Positions 8,666 to 18,105 of a stretch of 32,953 nucleotides of DNA are shown here, piece by piece. The notes beneath the pieces were generated by a model that made no database searches, was not told the DNA's origin, and saw nothing but the letters and a program-made list of their open reading frames with translations. The position numbers and the translations under genes were made by a program. Every line of letters begins with the position of its first letter. Positions within the stretch are counted from its first letter, which is position 1. Source of the stretch: a virus (taxonomy: Duplodnaviria > Caudoviricetes); IMG/VR virus record IMGVR_UViG_3300037506_000036, positions 1 through 32,953 of that record. One strand, given 5' to 3'.

Positions 8666-11124
8666 TGGTACAGTTCAGGCGCTCCGCGCGGTCGGCTCCG
8701 GTGTCGGCCTACTCGACCGCAACCCCCTCCGGCGGGCAGGGCTGGAAGGCAATCGCCGGTCTGGCGCAGATGGCCTACGAGCGGCTGGCGCCCGCGGCCA
8801 CGGCGGCCATGGAAGCCCGTGGCGACACGTTGGGCTGGGATGTGGGGCGCCAGCAGATCGGTGGCATGGGCGGGAATACCCGCTACCGCAACGCGATTGC
8901 CAGCATCGAGAGCGCGGGCAGCGGCGACTATGCTGCCGTGGGCGCCACGCATCCGAAATTGGGCCGCGCGCTCGGCCGCTACCAGATCATGGAGGCCAAT
9001 ATCGGCCCGTGGTCGATGGCCGCTCTCGGGCGCGAGGTGACGGTCAAGGAGTTCATGGAGAACCCCGGGATTCAGGACGCCATCTTCGACCACCGTTTCG
9101 GCGTCTACGTCAGCCAGTTCGGCGAGCATGGCGCGGCGGAAGCGTGGTTCGCCGGGCCGGGCGGGGTAGGGAAGTCCGGCAGGGCGGACGTGCATGGCAC
9201 CACCGTAGGGGAGTACGGGCGGCGCTTCATGGCGGCGCTTGCCGCGGAGCCCGCCGACCAGCCGGTCATGCTCAAGGACGCAGACGGCAACCTGACCTCG
9301 CGTCTCTACAGCCCGCTCTCCGGCCCGATCCTGCAAGCGCACAACGCCGCAGCCATGGCGGGCTACGGGGCGGCGGTGAGCGTGAAGGCAGCGGCGGACC
9401 TGACCGGCCTCGCCAATGCCAACATCGGCAATCCGGAGGCATTCCAGGAGGCAGCAAGGGCCTATGTGGACGAGATCATTGGGAAGGCTCCCGCGCCCCT
9501 GCGCGGCGAGCTGCGGCGCGAGCTGGAGATGGAGGCGGGCCGGACCTTCCTCGGGCTTTTAGATGCACAGCAGAAGGAAACCCGCGAGTTCGCCTCGCGC
9601 GAGAACATGGCACTGATCGAGAAGCGCAAGGGCCAGTATGCGGCGGCTGTGGCGTCGGGAGACAGGCGCGAAATCGACGCCACGCGCGAGGCCCTTGAGG
9701 ATCAGCTTGCGATCCGCGAGCGCCTTCCGGGGCTGACGTGGGGACCGGCGCAGTCGGACCTTGTGAGGTCAGAGGCGGCGGCCCTGGGTGCGGCTGAGTC
9801 GGAAAAGCGCCAGAAGGAGCAGGACTCTCGCATCAAGGCCACCATCAAGACGATCATCAAGGCAGCCAAGGACGGGCGCGAGGCGGCTGACGAATGGATG
9901 CTGGACGACCCCCACGTGGCAGCTTCGTATCCCGCGGAGGTGCGTGAGGCGCTGGCCTATGTGACCATGCGCGACCGGATGGGCGCGTTCCTGCGCATGA
10001 CGCCCGGCGCGCAGCGGACATACCTCGCCGACATGCGCAACCAGCTCGCGACGGAGGATTGGGAGATCGATCTGCTGAACGCAGCGGAAGACATCGCCGC
10101 CACGAACGCAGCGGCGTGGAAGGACGACTCCATCGCCCGCGCCCAGGAAGTACTGCGCGATGTCCCGGAACTGCCACCCTTCGATCCCCAGAACCCGCTT
10201 ATGTTCGTCAACGCGATCGCTGACCGTGCGGACTATGCGCAGAGGCTGACCGCGGAGGGGTTCACCGCGAAGCCGATCTATGTCTCGAAGGCCGAGTCCG
10301 AAGCGTTGGGCGCCATGTTCGGCAAGGACGTTCCCCCGGAACTCAAGATGATAGCCGCGGGCGCGATTGTGAAGGTCCTGGGCAGGGATGCGGCGGACTT
10401 CTTCGGCCAACTCAAGGGTACCGACCCGACGACGCTCTACGCCGGCCAGATGTACGCTTCCGGGGGCGATGCGGCGACGGCGCGCATGGTGATCGAGGGA
10501 CAGGCGCTTCTGGACGCCGGGATGGTCCAGACGCCCCCGGAAGCGGGTACCGCGCTTGCCGTGATGCCGGAACTTGCGTCGATCCTGCCAATGCTCGCCA
10601 CCTCCAGCGCATCGTCCCGGGCCGACACGCTTGCAGGCATCGACAGCGCCGCGCGGGCGATCTACGCGATGACCTCGGCGGGCGTGACCGACAAGACCGC
10701 ACAGAAGGCCGCGATGAAGGCAGCGGTCCAGAAGGCCCTAGGTCAGAACGAGGGCCTCGACGGCACGATCTACGGCGGGATGCAAGAGGTCGGCGGGGTA
10801 ATGACGCTCCTTCCGCCCGACGTGAGCGGCGAGGCGGTGGAATTGGCGATCCGCGGAGGCATTTATGCGGACCCGACTCGGATGGGAACGCGGCCGTGGG
10901 CTGTTGGCCTCTGGGAGCGCGCCGGGATGCCCTCACCGCCCATGCTCGGCGGCCAGCGGGTGCCGTACACGGTAATGAACGACGAGATTCTGGTGTTGAC
11001 GCCGATCAGTCCCACGAAATACCGGATGTCAATACGGCTGCCGGGCGGGATGACCGACCTGCGCACCGCGGACGGCCGGCCCTACGACATTGATCTCAAG
11101 GCGCTGGTGGAGGCGGCGAGGTGA
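8665..11124 (+). CDS. Internal virion protein with N-terminal lysozyme/SLT-like domain
   Basis: AIASIES.G..Y.A.G...ALGRYQIM...QD.....AWFAG muramidase motifs at aa ~73-165, followed by long helical region. Confidence 0.8.
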   Translation: MVQFRRSARSAPVSAYSTATPSGGQGWKAIAGLAQMAYERLAPAATAAMEARGDTLGWDVGRQQIGGMGGNTRYRNAIASIESAGSGDYAAVGATHPKLGRALGRYQIMEANIGPWSMAALGREVTVKEFMENPGIQDAIFDHRFGVYVSQFGEHGAAEAWFAGPGGVGKSGRADVHGTTVGEYGRRFMAALAAEPADQPVMLKDADGNLTSRLYSPLSGPILQAHNAAAMAGYGAAVSVKAAADLTGLANANIGNPEAFQEAARAYVDEIIGKAPAPLRGELRRELEMEAGRTFLGLLDAQQKETREFASRENMALIEKRKGQYAAAVASGDRREIDATREALEDQLAIRERLPGLTWGPAQSDLVRSEAAALGAAESEKRQKEQDSRIKATIKTIIKAAKDGREAADEWMLDDPHVAASYPAEVREALAYVTMRDRMGAFLRMTPGAQRTYLADMRNQLATEDWEIDLLNAAEDIAATNAAAWKDDSIARAQEVLRDVPELPPFDPQNPLMFVNAIADRADYAQRLTAEGFTAKPIYVSKAESEALGAMFGKDVPPELKMIAAGAIVKVLGRDAADFFGQLKGTDPTTLYAGQMYASGGDAATARMVIEGQALLDAGMVQTPPEAGTALAVMPELASILPMLATSSASSRADTLAGIDSAARAIYAMTSAGVTDKTAQKAAMKAAVQKALGQNEGLDGTIYGGMQEVGGVMTLLPPDVSGEAVELAIRGGIYADPTRMGTRPWAVGLWERAGMPSPPMLGGQRVPYTVMNDEILVLTPISPTKYRMSIRLPGGMTDLRTADGRPYDIDLKALVEAAR

Positions 11125-13295
11125 CGTGGTTCATCGCGGACCGGTCGGGCACGCCAGCCCTCGGCCCGGACCTGCCGCTCGCCGGCATGTTTGAAGGCAT
11201 TGTCGCGGCAGTCCGGAAGGCAGCACTCAAAGGCGACGCCAACTTGCGCGCCCAGCGCGAGGTGAGGGCCGAGCGGGACGCGCTCGTCCTCTCCGCCGCC
11301 CGCCGATTGGGGCTGGACGGCATCCAGCCGCTTGTGGACGCCCGCACCGCCACCGCTGCGCGCATCGCGCAACAGATGGGTCTCCCGTATCACGCCGAAG
11401 CGCCGCCGGCCTCTGTGGACGAGGCGCTGGAGCGCATCGGCAGCGGGCGATGGGACTCCGTCCTCGACCTCGCCCGGCAGGCGGCGGCGGCAGACCCTGC
11501 CGCATGGGCTGATCTGGACCTCACCGACGAGGGCATTGAGTCCCGCGTGAACGAGCGCCTGCAAGCCGAGCATCGCGATCTGGCAGGGATCGTGCAGATG
11601 ATGCCGTCCGGCCAAGGGGTGGCGGAGTTCATCGGGGGCATAGTCGGCACGACAGCGGATGTGCGCAATATTCCCTTCCTCGCCTTTGGTTTCGGCGGCG
11701 GCACCCTGCGGGCGGTCATCATGCGCGAGGCGAGCCTGAACATGGCCGCCGAGGCGTTCACCATGCCGAGCCAGTTTGACATGGCCGAGAGGCTGGAGAT
11801 CGAAGACCCGAACGTCGTGGAGCAACTGGCCATCGCCGGGGTGGCCGGGGGCATTCTCGGCGGAACGGTCGAAGCGCTCGCCCGTGGCTTCACCTACTGG
11901 CGCGGCCGGAACGCGCTCAAGGCGATGGAAGACGATCCGCTGTTCGCGGAGGAGCTTCTGTCGGCCGCGGAGAGCGCGCTGGAGGCCGGCGGGAGCCCCG
12001 TTGAGGCTCAGGCCGACATCCTGAGGCGGTGGGAGGCCAGAGGGGCTGTAGCGGGCGCTCCTGAGCGTGAGCCGCTGATCGGCGACGAATGGGACGGGTG
12101 GGCGCCGGATGACATGCCGGAGGGCGAGCGGCTTGAGGTCGATGTGCCCCCGCAAGTGAGCGTGGAAAATCCGCCGAAAGCCGCAAGTGAGCCGCCGCCC
12201 CGCCCCAAGCGCCCGTCTGCCGCCAAGCCGCAGTCGCTCCGCGCGTGGATCAAGTCCCGTGGCGGCATCAGGGCGGACGACCCGATGATCGGCGACGTGC
12301 TGGCGATGAACCTACAACGGCAGCCGGGTATGGTGACCAAGCGCGGCGCGGACATGGATAGCATCACCACCGCTGCCATCGAGCGCGGTTACCTGCCCGA
12401 GGGATCAGATATCAACGACCTTCTCGTGGCGCTGGACAAGGACGCGCGCAGCACGAAGTGGGACCGGGTGTTCGCGCAGAGCGACCTGAACGCGGTTTTC
12501 GACTGGCGCGACTATGAGGCGGCCAAGGCCGACGCCGACCGCTTCGCCTTCGGCGACGCCCCGCCGCCCGACGAGGTGTTCGTGAAGGGCCAGCGCGCGG
12601 CGGATGGGTTCTTCGTGGAGCCCGGAGCCTATGCCGAGCCGGGAAGCCTGGAGGCGGCGTTTGACGACTATTTGGCGGGCCATGGCTTCACGCTGCTTCC
12701 CCGTGAGCGCGAGGAAATCCTGTCAGAGCTTCGCAGCCGTGGCGGCGACGGCGAGTATCTGGTAGAACAGGCCCTATCGAGAGAGTTGGAGCCCCATGAA
12801 TACGCAAGCCTCCGATCTGAGACGGGCGAAGCGCCTGCTGGAGCGGGCGGAAAACCTGCTGGACAAGGTGCCGCCGGAGCGCCGGCCGGAGATCGAGCGG
12901 GTGCGGGCGAACGCGGCGATCCTGGTGGCCTCCCGCGCGAATTCCCAGACCCCCGACCCGCAGGGCTGACCTCCCGCCAGCGTTCCGAAATCGCCGTCCG
13001 GCAGCAGCAGTCGAAAATCGGCCGGCTGGATCAGGTTCGCGTCGAGGGCGAGGACGGCAACCTGTTCTCGCCGAAGATGGACGACCTGCTGGACGATCCG
13101 GGCGGGCCAAGGGCGGATGCGACCCTGACGGCGCAGATCGAGGGACTGCGGGATGATCTGGCGGTCAATGGCGACTTCAAGGTAGACATGGGCGACGGGC
13201 CGAAGTCTGCGGCGGCCTTTCTGCGCGAGTTGGACGGCGACCGCGAGTTCAACGACATGCTCGGCCGCTGCGGCAAGGTGAGGACCACGGAATGA
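11121..13295 (+). CDS. Internal virion/polyvalent-type protein
   Basis: 724 aa; GTGA overlap; hydrophobic Gly-rich segments typical of ejection proteins plus an inserted domain (SLRAWIKSRGGI...IERGYL). Confidence 0.75.
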   Translation: MTWFIADRSGTPALGPDLPLAGMFEGIVAAVRKAALKGDANLRAQREVRAERDALVLSAARRLGLDGIQPLVDARTATAARIAQQMGLPYHAEAPPASVDEALERIGSGRWDSVLDLARQAAAADPAAWADLDLTDEGIESRVNERLQAEHRDLAGIVQMMPSGQGVAEFIGGIVGTTADVRNIPFLAFGFGGGTLRAVIMREASLNMAAEAFTMPSQFDMAERLEIEDPNVVEQLAIAGVAGGILGGTVEALARGFTYWRGRNALKAMEDDPLFAEELLSAAESALEAGGSPVEAQADILRRWEARGAVAGAPEREPLIGDEWDGWAPDDMPEGERLEVDVPPQVSVENPPKAASEPPPRPKRPSAAKPQSLRAWIKSRGGIRADDPMIGDVLAMNLQRQPGMVTKRGADMDSITTAAIERGYLPEGSDINDLLVALDKDARSTKWDRVFAQSDLNAVFDWRDYEAAKADADRFAFGDAPPPDEVFVKGQRAADGFFVEPGAYAEPGSLEAAFDDYLAGHGFTLLPREREEILSELRSRGGDGEYLVEQALSRELEPHEYASLRSETGEAPAGAGGKPAGQGAAGAPAGDRAGAGERGDPGGLPREFPDPRPAGLTSRQRSEIAVRQQQSKIGRLDQVRVEGEDGNLFSPKMDDLLDDPGGPRADATLTAQIEGLRDDLAVNGDFKVDMGDGPKSAAAFLRELDGDREFNDMLGRCGKVRTTE
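12796..12969 (+). CDS. Nested +1-frame ORF (57 aa, helical)
   Basis: GGAG before ATG; MNTQASDLRRAKRLLERAENLLDKVPPERRPEIERVRANAAILVASRANSQTPDPQG; G/C-ending codons in this frame while the host frame turns low-complexity. Confidence 0.6.
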   Translation: MNTQASDLRRAKRLLERAENLLDKVPPERRPEIERVRANAAILVASRANSQTPDPQG

Positions 13296-15772
13296 GCCTC
13301 TGGCATTGCGTCGAGCGGTCGATGAACGATCCCGAGGTCGGCATGAGCCGGGAGCGGGGCGAGCGCGCCCAGAAGCTGTTCAACGATCTCGTGGAGCGAT
13401 ACGAGGCTCAGGGGCACAGCCGGAACGCCGCCGAGTCCATGGCCGAGCGCGATGTGAAGGAAGCCTTCTGGCGCGAGTATGGCGACAAGCGGCACGTCTT
13501 CCTCGCCGAGGCCGCGGCAATGCGCCAACAACAACAGCGGGTGGCCGCCTCCGACACGCCGAACATGGTTCGTCAGATGGAGGTTCTCGACATGAAGCAC
13601 CGCGCTCTCGTGCGGCGCTTCAACGGACTGCTGGGTGCATACCTCAAGCAGCACCACCGCGACCTTCTGGGCCGGGTGACGAAAAAGGCGGAACAGGTCC
13701 ACATCGTCAATGAGTTGCACGGCATAGCCTCGGGGAATCCGGCGGCGAAGGAACTGGCCGACGGCATCAGGGCGGCGCTGGAGGACATGCGCGCCATGTT
13801 CAACGAAGCCGGAGGTCTCATCCACAAGCTCGACAACTGGGGGCTGCCCCACATGCACGACGCGCTGGCGGTGCGGCGGGCTGGCTTCGAGCGGTGGTTC
13901 AAGGAGATCGAGGGGCGGCTTGATTGGAAGCGCATCATAAACCCCCTTACCGGGAGGCCATTGCGGGTCGATCCCAGGACCGGGGCACCGTCGGATGACT
14001 TCAAGCGGTCCTACCTTCTGGCCGCCTACAACAACATCGTCTTCTCGCGCGACGCCGACACGGCAATCTACGGCAGATCGGAGGGAGTGGCGACCTACCG
14101 AGCGCACGCCGACGCCCGGCACCTGCACTTCAAGAGCGGGCAGGACTGGATGGATTACAACCGGGCCTTCGGTTCCGGAGGCGTTCACGAGAGCCTTATG
14201 GGCCACGTTCACCGGATGGCGCGGGACATCGCCATGATGCGGGAGTTCGGGCCGAGCCCTAAGCTCGGGGCGCAGTACCAGAAAGACCTGTGGGAACAGA
14301 AGATCAAGAACGAAGGCAAGGAGACGCTGGTCGAGAACGTGACCTCGGACGCCGCTGTCGCCCTGCGGATGCTCGACGTCATGTCGGGTCCGGGGCTGGC
14401 CGAAGGCAAGTTCGCCCGGGGGCTGGCCACGTTCATGTCCACCACGCGTCACGTCCTGACGGCAGCACTGCTAGACCGGGCTATCATCGCCTCGCTGTCC
14501 GACATGAACACCATGCGGATGGCGGCAAAGGCCATGGGCCTGAACCCCGCAAACCTGATCGGCAAGCAGATCGGGCTCCTGCCTTCCCTGTCGAAGAAAG
14601 AGCTTCTGAGGGCGCAGTGGGTAGCCGACACCATGGCCGACGCCGGATCAGCCATGGCCCGGTTTCAGCAGGAGGTGGCGCCGCGAGAGTGGGCGGAGCG
14701 CGTGTCGCATCTCTCGATGCGGCTCCAGGGGCTTGCCGCGTGGACTGATCGGGCAAGAGCCACGGCCTATCAGGAGTTCAGCGGCTTCCTCGCCTCCATG
14801 GCCGACCGCGAGTTTGCCGCCCTTGACGGGCCGATCCGCGAACACCTGCGGAAGTGGGGCGTGACCGCAGAAGACTGGAACGCCTTCCGCGAGGTCCCGT
14901 TCACGGCCGACAACGGGGCCACCTTCCTGATGCCACTGTATTTCCGCCACGCCACGACACTGAGGGCCGACCTGGCTGACCGGGTGTTTTTCAAGATGCA
15001 GGGTGCCGCGGAGGAGTTTCTGGAGCTCGCCGTTCCAACGAAAAGCCTTCTAGGCCAAGCGTTTACCGATCCTGTCGCCATGGGACTCAAGCCGGGCTCG
15101 CTCGGCTACGAAATCCTTAAGTCCGGCCTGATGTTCAAGTCGTTCCCAATCACCTTCGCGATCAATCAGTACCGGCAGATCGCGGCGCGCGGCGGACTCT
15201 TCTCGGCCAAGGGCGCCGGGTATGCGCTCGATCTCGCGGCCGGTGCGACGCTTATGGGCGCGCTGGCGCTCCAGGTCGGGGACCTGCTTCTCGGCCGCGA
15301 TCCCCAGGACATGACGAATCCGGGCTTCTGGGGCCGGGCCATGGCCAAGGGCGGTGCAGCCGGTATTCTCGGCGACATCATCGTCACCGGAGAAGCTTCG
15401 TGGGGCGGCGGCTTCGCCAGCTACGTCGCCGGTCCGGTGCCGCAACTCGCGAACGACGTGTGGGACCTGACGATCTCGAACGCATGGCTGGCAGCCCGGC
15501 AGCTCGCGATGGGCGAGGAGGTGGACACGGGATTCATCCGCGAGGCCGCGCGGTTCGGCAAGCGGTACCTCCCGATGGGTCAGACGCTCATGATCGGGCC
15601 GGCGCTCGACCGGCTGTTCTGGGACCAGCTCCAGATTTACCTTGACCCGGAGAGCCTGGACGCCCTTTCGGCCGCAGCGGGCAGGCGGTCCAGCCTGGTC
15701 GGCGGCGGCGAGTACTGGGCGACTGGTGCGCCACTGCCGGGACGGATGCCCGACTTCGCGAACGCCTTCTGA
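13292..15772 (+). CDS. Large internal virion protein (T7 gp16/Bbp7-like position)
   Basis: 826 aa; NWGLPH.HD, R.LHFKS..DW..Y...FG, MFKSFP motifs; synteny. Confidence 0.82.
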   Translation: MSLWHCVERSMNDPEVGMSRERGERAQKLFNDLVERYEAQGHSRNAAESMAERDVKEAFWREYGDKRHVFLAEAAAMRQQQQRVAASDTPNMVRQMEVLDMKHRALVRRFNGLLGAYLKQHHRDLLGRVTKKAEQVHIVNELHGIASGNPAAKELADGIRAALEDMRAMFNEAGGLIHKLDNWGLPHMHDALAVRRAGFERWFKEIEGRLDWKRIINPLTGRPLRVDPRTGAPSDDFKRSYLLAAYNNIVFSRDADTAIYGRSEGVATYRAHADARHLHFKSGQDWMDYNRAFGSGGVHESLMGHVHRMARDIAMMREFGPSPKLGAQYQKDLWEQKIKNEGKETLVENVTSDAAVALRMLDVMSGPGLAEGKFARGLATFMSTTRHVLTAALLDRAIIASLSDMNTMRMAAKAMGLNPANLIGKQIGLLPSLSKKELLRAQWVADTMADAGSAMARFQQEVAPREWAERVSHLSMRLQGLAAWTDRARATAYQEFSGFLASMADREFAALDGPIREHLRKWGVTAEDWNAFREVPFTADNGATFLMPLYFRHATTLRADLADRVFFKMQGAAEEFLELAVPTKSLLGQAFTDPVAMGLKPGSLGYEILKSGLMFKSFPITFAINQYRQIAARGGLFSAKGAGYALDLAAGATLMGALALQVGDLLLGRDPQDMTNPGFWGRAMAKGGAAGILGDIIVTGEASWGGGFASYVAGPVPQLANDVWDLTISNAWLAARQLAMGEEVDTGFIREAARFGKRYLPMGQTLMIGPALDRLFWDQLQIYLDPESLDALSAAAGRRSSLVGGGEYWATGAPLPGRMPDFANAF

Positions 15773-15774
15773 CC

Positions 15775-15808
15775 GTGCCTTGCCGCCCTTCGGGGTCGCT
15801 CGCACCGT
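15775..15808 (+). promoter_or_regulatory. Putative late promoter, copy 4
   Basis: GTGCCTTGCCG-17bp-CACCGT; GGAGG SD at 15822-15826; ATG 15833. Confidence 0.6.
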
Positions 15809-15832
15809 GCGGGCGCACTCTGGAGGCTGCGC

Positions 15833-16066
15833 ATGGGTCAGGTCACAAATGCCAACAACTCTGCGTGGCAGAGCTTTACCCCTGCTGCGGCCGCGGTCCT
15901 GCGTGTCACCGAGGGTTCGGTCAAGGTCACGACCAACAGTGCTGCCGCCGCGAATGACGGTGTGCCGGTCCATGAAAACGAGAGCATCGGCCTGACCGGC
16001 GGTGCGCCGGTCTATTATCGGCTCGCCAGTGGCCGGTCGGCCACCTTCGTCTGGGAAGTCCTCTGA
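15833..16066 (+). CDS. Small beta-rich virion protein (77 aa), possible head-spike base
   Basis: GGAGG SD; alternating beta-strand pattern. Confidence 0.7.
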   Translation: MGQVTNANNSAWQSFTPAAAAVLRVTEGSVKVTTNSAAAANDGVPVHENESIGLTGGAPVYYRLASGRSATFVWEVL

Positions 16067-16069
16067 GGC

Positions 16070-16103
16070 GTGCCTTGCCGCCCTAACGGGCCGGACGGAC
16101 CTT
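16070..16103 (+). promoter_or_regulatory. Putative late promoter, copy 5 (leaderless)
   Basis: GTGCCTTGCCG-17bp-GACCTT-7bp-ATG(16111). Confidence 0.65.
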
Positions 16104-16110
16104 CCGCGCC

Positions 16111-17718
16111 ATGGCTACGGTTCCGGTCACGCCCCGCACCAATTCGTTCACGGCGCCGGCCACCAGCGCCGGGCCTTATGAAATCGGCTTCCGGCTGTTC
16201 GACAGCGACGGGATCGAGGTCTATCTCGATGGCGTGCTGACCGAGGACTACACCGTCTCGGCCGCCTTCGCGAACGGCTACGACGACGACGCGACCATCA
16301 CCTTCGACGACGCGATCACCTCCGGCACGGATGTGCAGATCGACGGCGCGACGCTGGCGAAGCGCGAGGCCGACTACGTGGCCAGCGACCCGCAGCTTGC
16401 CGCCAAGCTGAACGTCGAACTGGCCCGCATCGCCGCCGCGCTGAACGAACTGGCGATGAAGATGGGCCGCACAGTGCGCTCCCTCTCCGCCATCGACGCC
16501 GACCCCGACGTGACGGCCGCGGCGGTCCAGGACCTGGCCGGCGACGTTGCTGCTGCTGCTGCATCCGCTTCGGCGGCAGCAGCATCGGCTGCGACGGCCT
16601 CCAGCGCGGCGGCAACCGCCTTGGCGAACGCGGCGCTGCTCGGCCTCTGGAGGGGCCCGTGGCTGACGGCGACGGCCTATGCGCTGGGGGATCGGGCGCA
16701 GGAGTCCGGCAGCACCTACATCTGTGTGGTCCCGCACACCTCGGGCACCTTCGCGACCGACCTCGCCGCGGTGAAGTGGCAGATGTTCGCGCAGAAGGGC
16801 GCGGCAGGTGCCGGGACGGGCGACGTTCTCACCGAAAACCAAGGCTCCGAGTATGACCCCGAGGCATTCCGCGCGAACCTGTCGCTCGTATCGTCCGCGC
16901 GCAAGTTCAACAACGGGACCGGCCTGACCGGCTTTGGCGACCTGACGGCTGATCGCACTCCTGAGCTGACCGGTCAGGCACTGGCGCTGCACAACCTCGG
17001 CACCAACGGCCTGATCGCGCGCACGGGCTCCGGCACGGTCGCGGGCCGCATACTGACCGGCACGGCGAACCAGATCAGCGTGTCGGACGGTGACGGTGTT
17101 TCGGGCAATCCGATCATCGCGGCGGTCGTGGCGTCAAAGGCGGAAGCCGAAGCCGGGACCGACACGACCAAGATCATGACGGCCGAGCGGGTGGCGCAGG
17201 CCATCGCCGCCCAGGGCCCGGGTGCGCCGCTTCTGGTGCAGACCGTCACGGGATCGTCGGTCGCGGCAATCGACTTCGACCTTGCGCTCGCCGCCGGCTA
17301 CCGGGGGGTGAAGTTCCTGTTCGTCAATGTGCGGCCCGTAGCGAACGGCGCCAGCTTCTGGATGAGGGTAAGCCGGGACGGAGGGGCAACCTTTGATGCC
17401 GGGGCGTCAGACTACCGGGTGGGCTTAGATGAGTTCAGCTATCTGCCTCTCAATGTCGGACCCGGCGCCATCACCAACACTTCAACGGCGGGCCTCTGTG
17501 GCGAGGTGACGCTTCTCGACCACGCGGGAACTGTCTATCGCAAGCGCATTTTCGGCCAGGTGACCTGGACCGATTCTAGCAGCCAGTCCGAGGCGCTTGC
17601 AAACCAGACCTACGGCGTCCGCATCGGCACCAGCGACCCGATCACCGATGTCCGGTTCCTGATGTCCGCCAATAACATCGCCGTCGACTCGACCATCGTC
17701 ATGTACGGGTTCACCTGA
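16111..17718 (+). CDS. Tail fibre protein
   Basis: T7 gp17-like N-terminal anchor (GPYEIGFRLFD...VYLDG), Ala-rich coil, WRGPW..ATAY..GD module, AS.AEAEAGTD repeat, beta-sandwich tip. Confidence 0.85.
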   Translation: MATVPVTPRTNSFTAPATSAGPYEIGFRLFDSDGIEVYLDGVLTEDYTVSAAFANGYDDDATITFDDAITSGTDVQIDGATLAKREADYVASDPQLAAKLNVELARIAAALNELAMKMGRTVRSLSAIDADPDVTAAAVQDLAGDVAAAAASASAAAASAATASSAAATALANAALLGLWRGPWLTATAYALGDRAQESGSTYICVVPHTSGTFATDLAAVKWQMFAQKGAAGAGTGDVLTENQGSEYDPEAFRANLSLVSSARKFNNGTGLTGFGDLTADRTPELTGQALALHNLGTNGLIARTGSGTVAGRILTGTANQISVSDGDGVSGNPIIAAVVASKAEAEAGTDTTKIMTAERVAQAIAAQGPGAPLLVQTVTGSSVAAIDFDLALAAGYRGVKFLFVNVRPVANGASFWMRVSRDGGATFDAGASDYRVGLDEFSYLPLNVGPGAITNTSTAGLCGEVTLLDHAGTVYRKRIFGQVTWTDSSSQSEALANQTYGVRIGTSDPITDVRFLMSANNIAVDSTIVMYGFT

Positions 17719-18065
17719 TGAGCTTGGTCATCCTCAGGAACGGCCAGCGCGTCACCGTCTCGGGTGCGGCTGCGGACGCGTTCGAGGCGCAGCGCCAGCC
17801 CGATGCTGCGGCCGATCTTGCCCGGTGGCGGGCGACGGCCGAGGTCAGCCGGTTCCAGGCCAAGGCCGCGCTTGCCGCAGCGGGCAAACTGGAAGCCGCC
17901 AACGCCATCGTCGCGGCGGCGAGCGATATGGCGAAACTGGCATGGGCCGAGGCTCTCGTGTTTCGCCGCGACAGCCCGACCATCGCCGCCCTCGCGCCGC
18001 TGCTGGGTCTGGACGACATCGCCTTGGACAACCTGTTCCGAGCGGCCGCGGAGATCAAGGCATGA
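17718..18065 (+). CDS. Tail-fibre-associated protein/chaperone
   Basis: VSRFQAKAAL...AW.EA..F.R.SP.I...LGL.D..LD.LF..A pattern; TGATG coupling to the fibre gene. Confidence 0.7.
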   Translation: MSLVILRNGQRVTVSGAAADAFEAQRQPDAAADLARWRATAEVSRFQAKAALAAAGKLEAANAIVAAASDMAKLAWAEALVFRRDSPTIAALAPLLGLDDIALDNLFRAAAEIKA

Positions 18066-18105
18066 CCGCCTCCTGCCGCGACCGGCACATCGCGGGGGCA
18101 GCGCC

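Noticed and set aside
17764-18105. N-terminal extension of the spike ORF in the track
   Set aside because: It overlaps the chaperone gene out of frame and reads as off-frame sequence; GTG 18106 has an SD and coupling.
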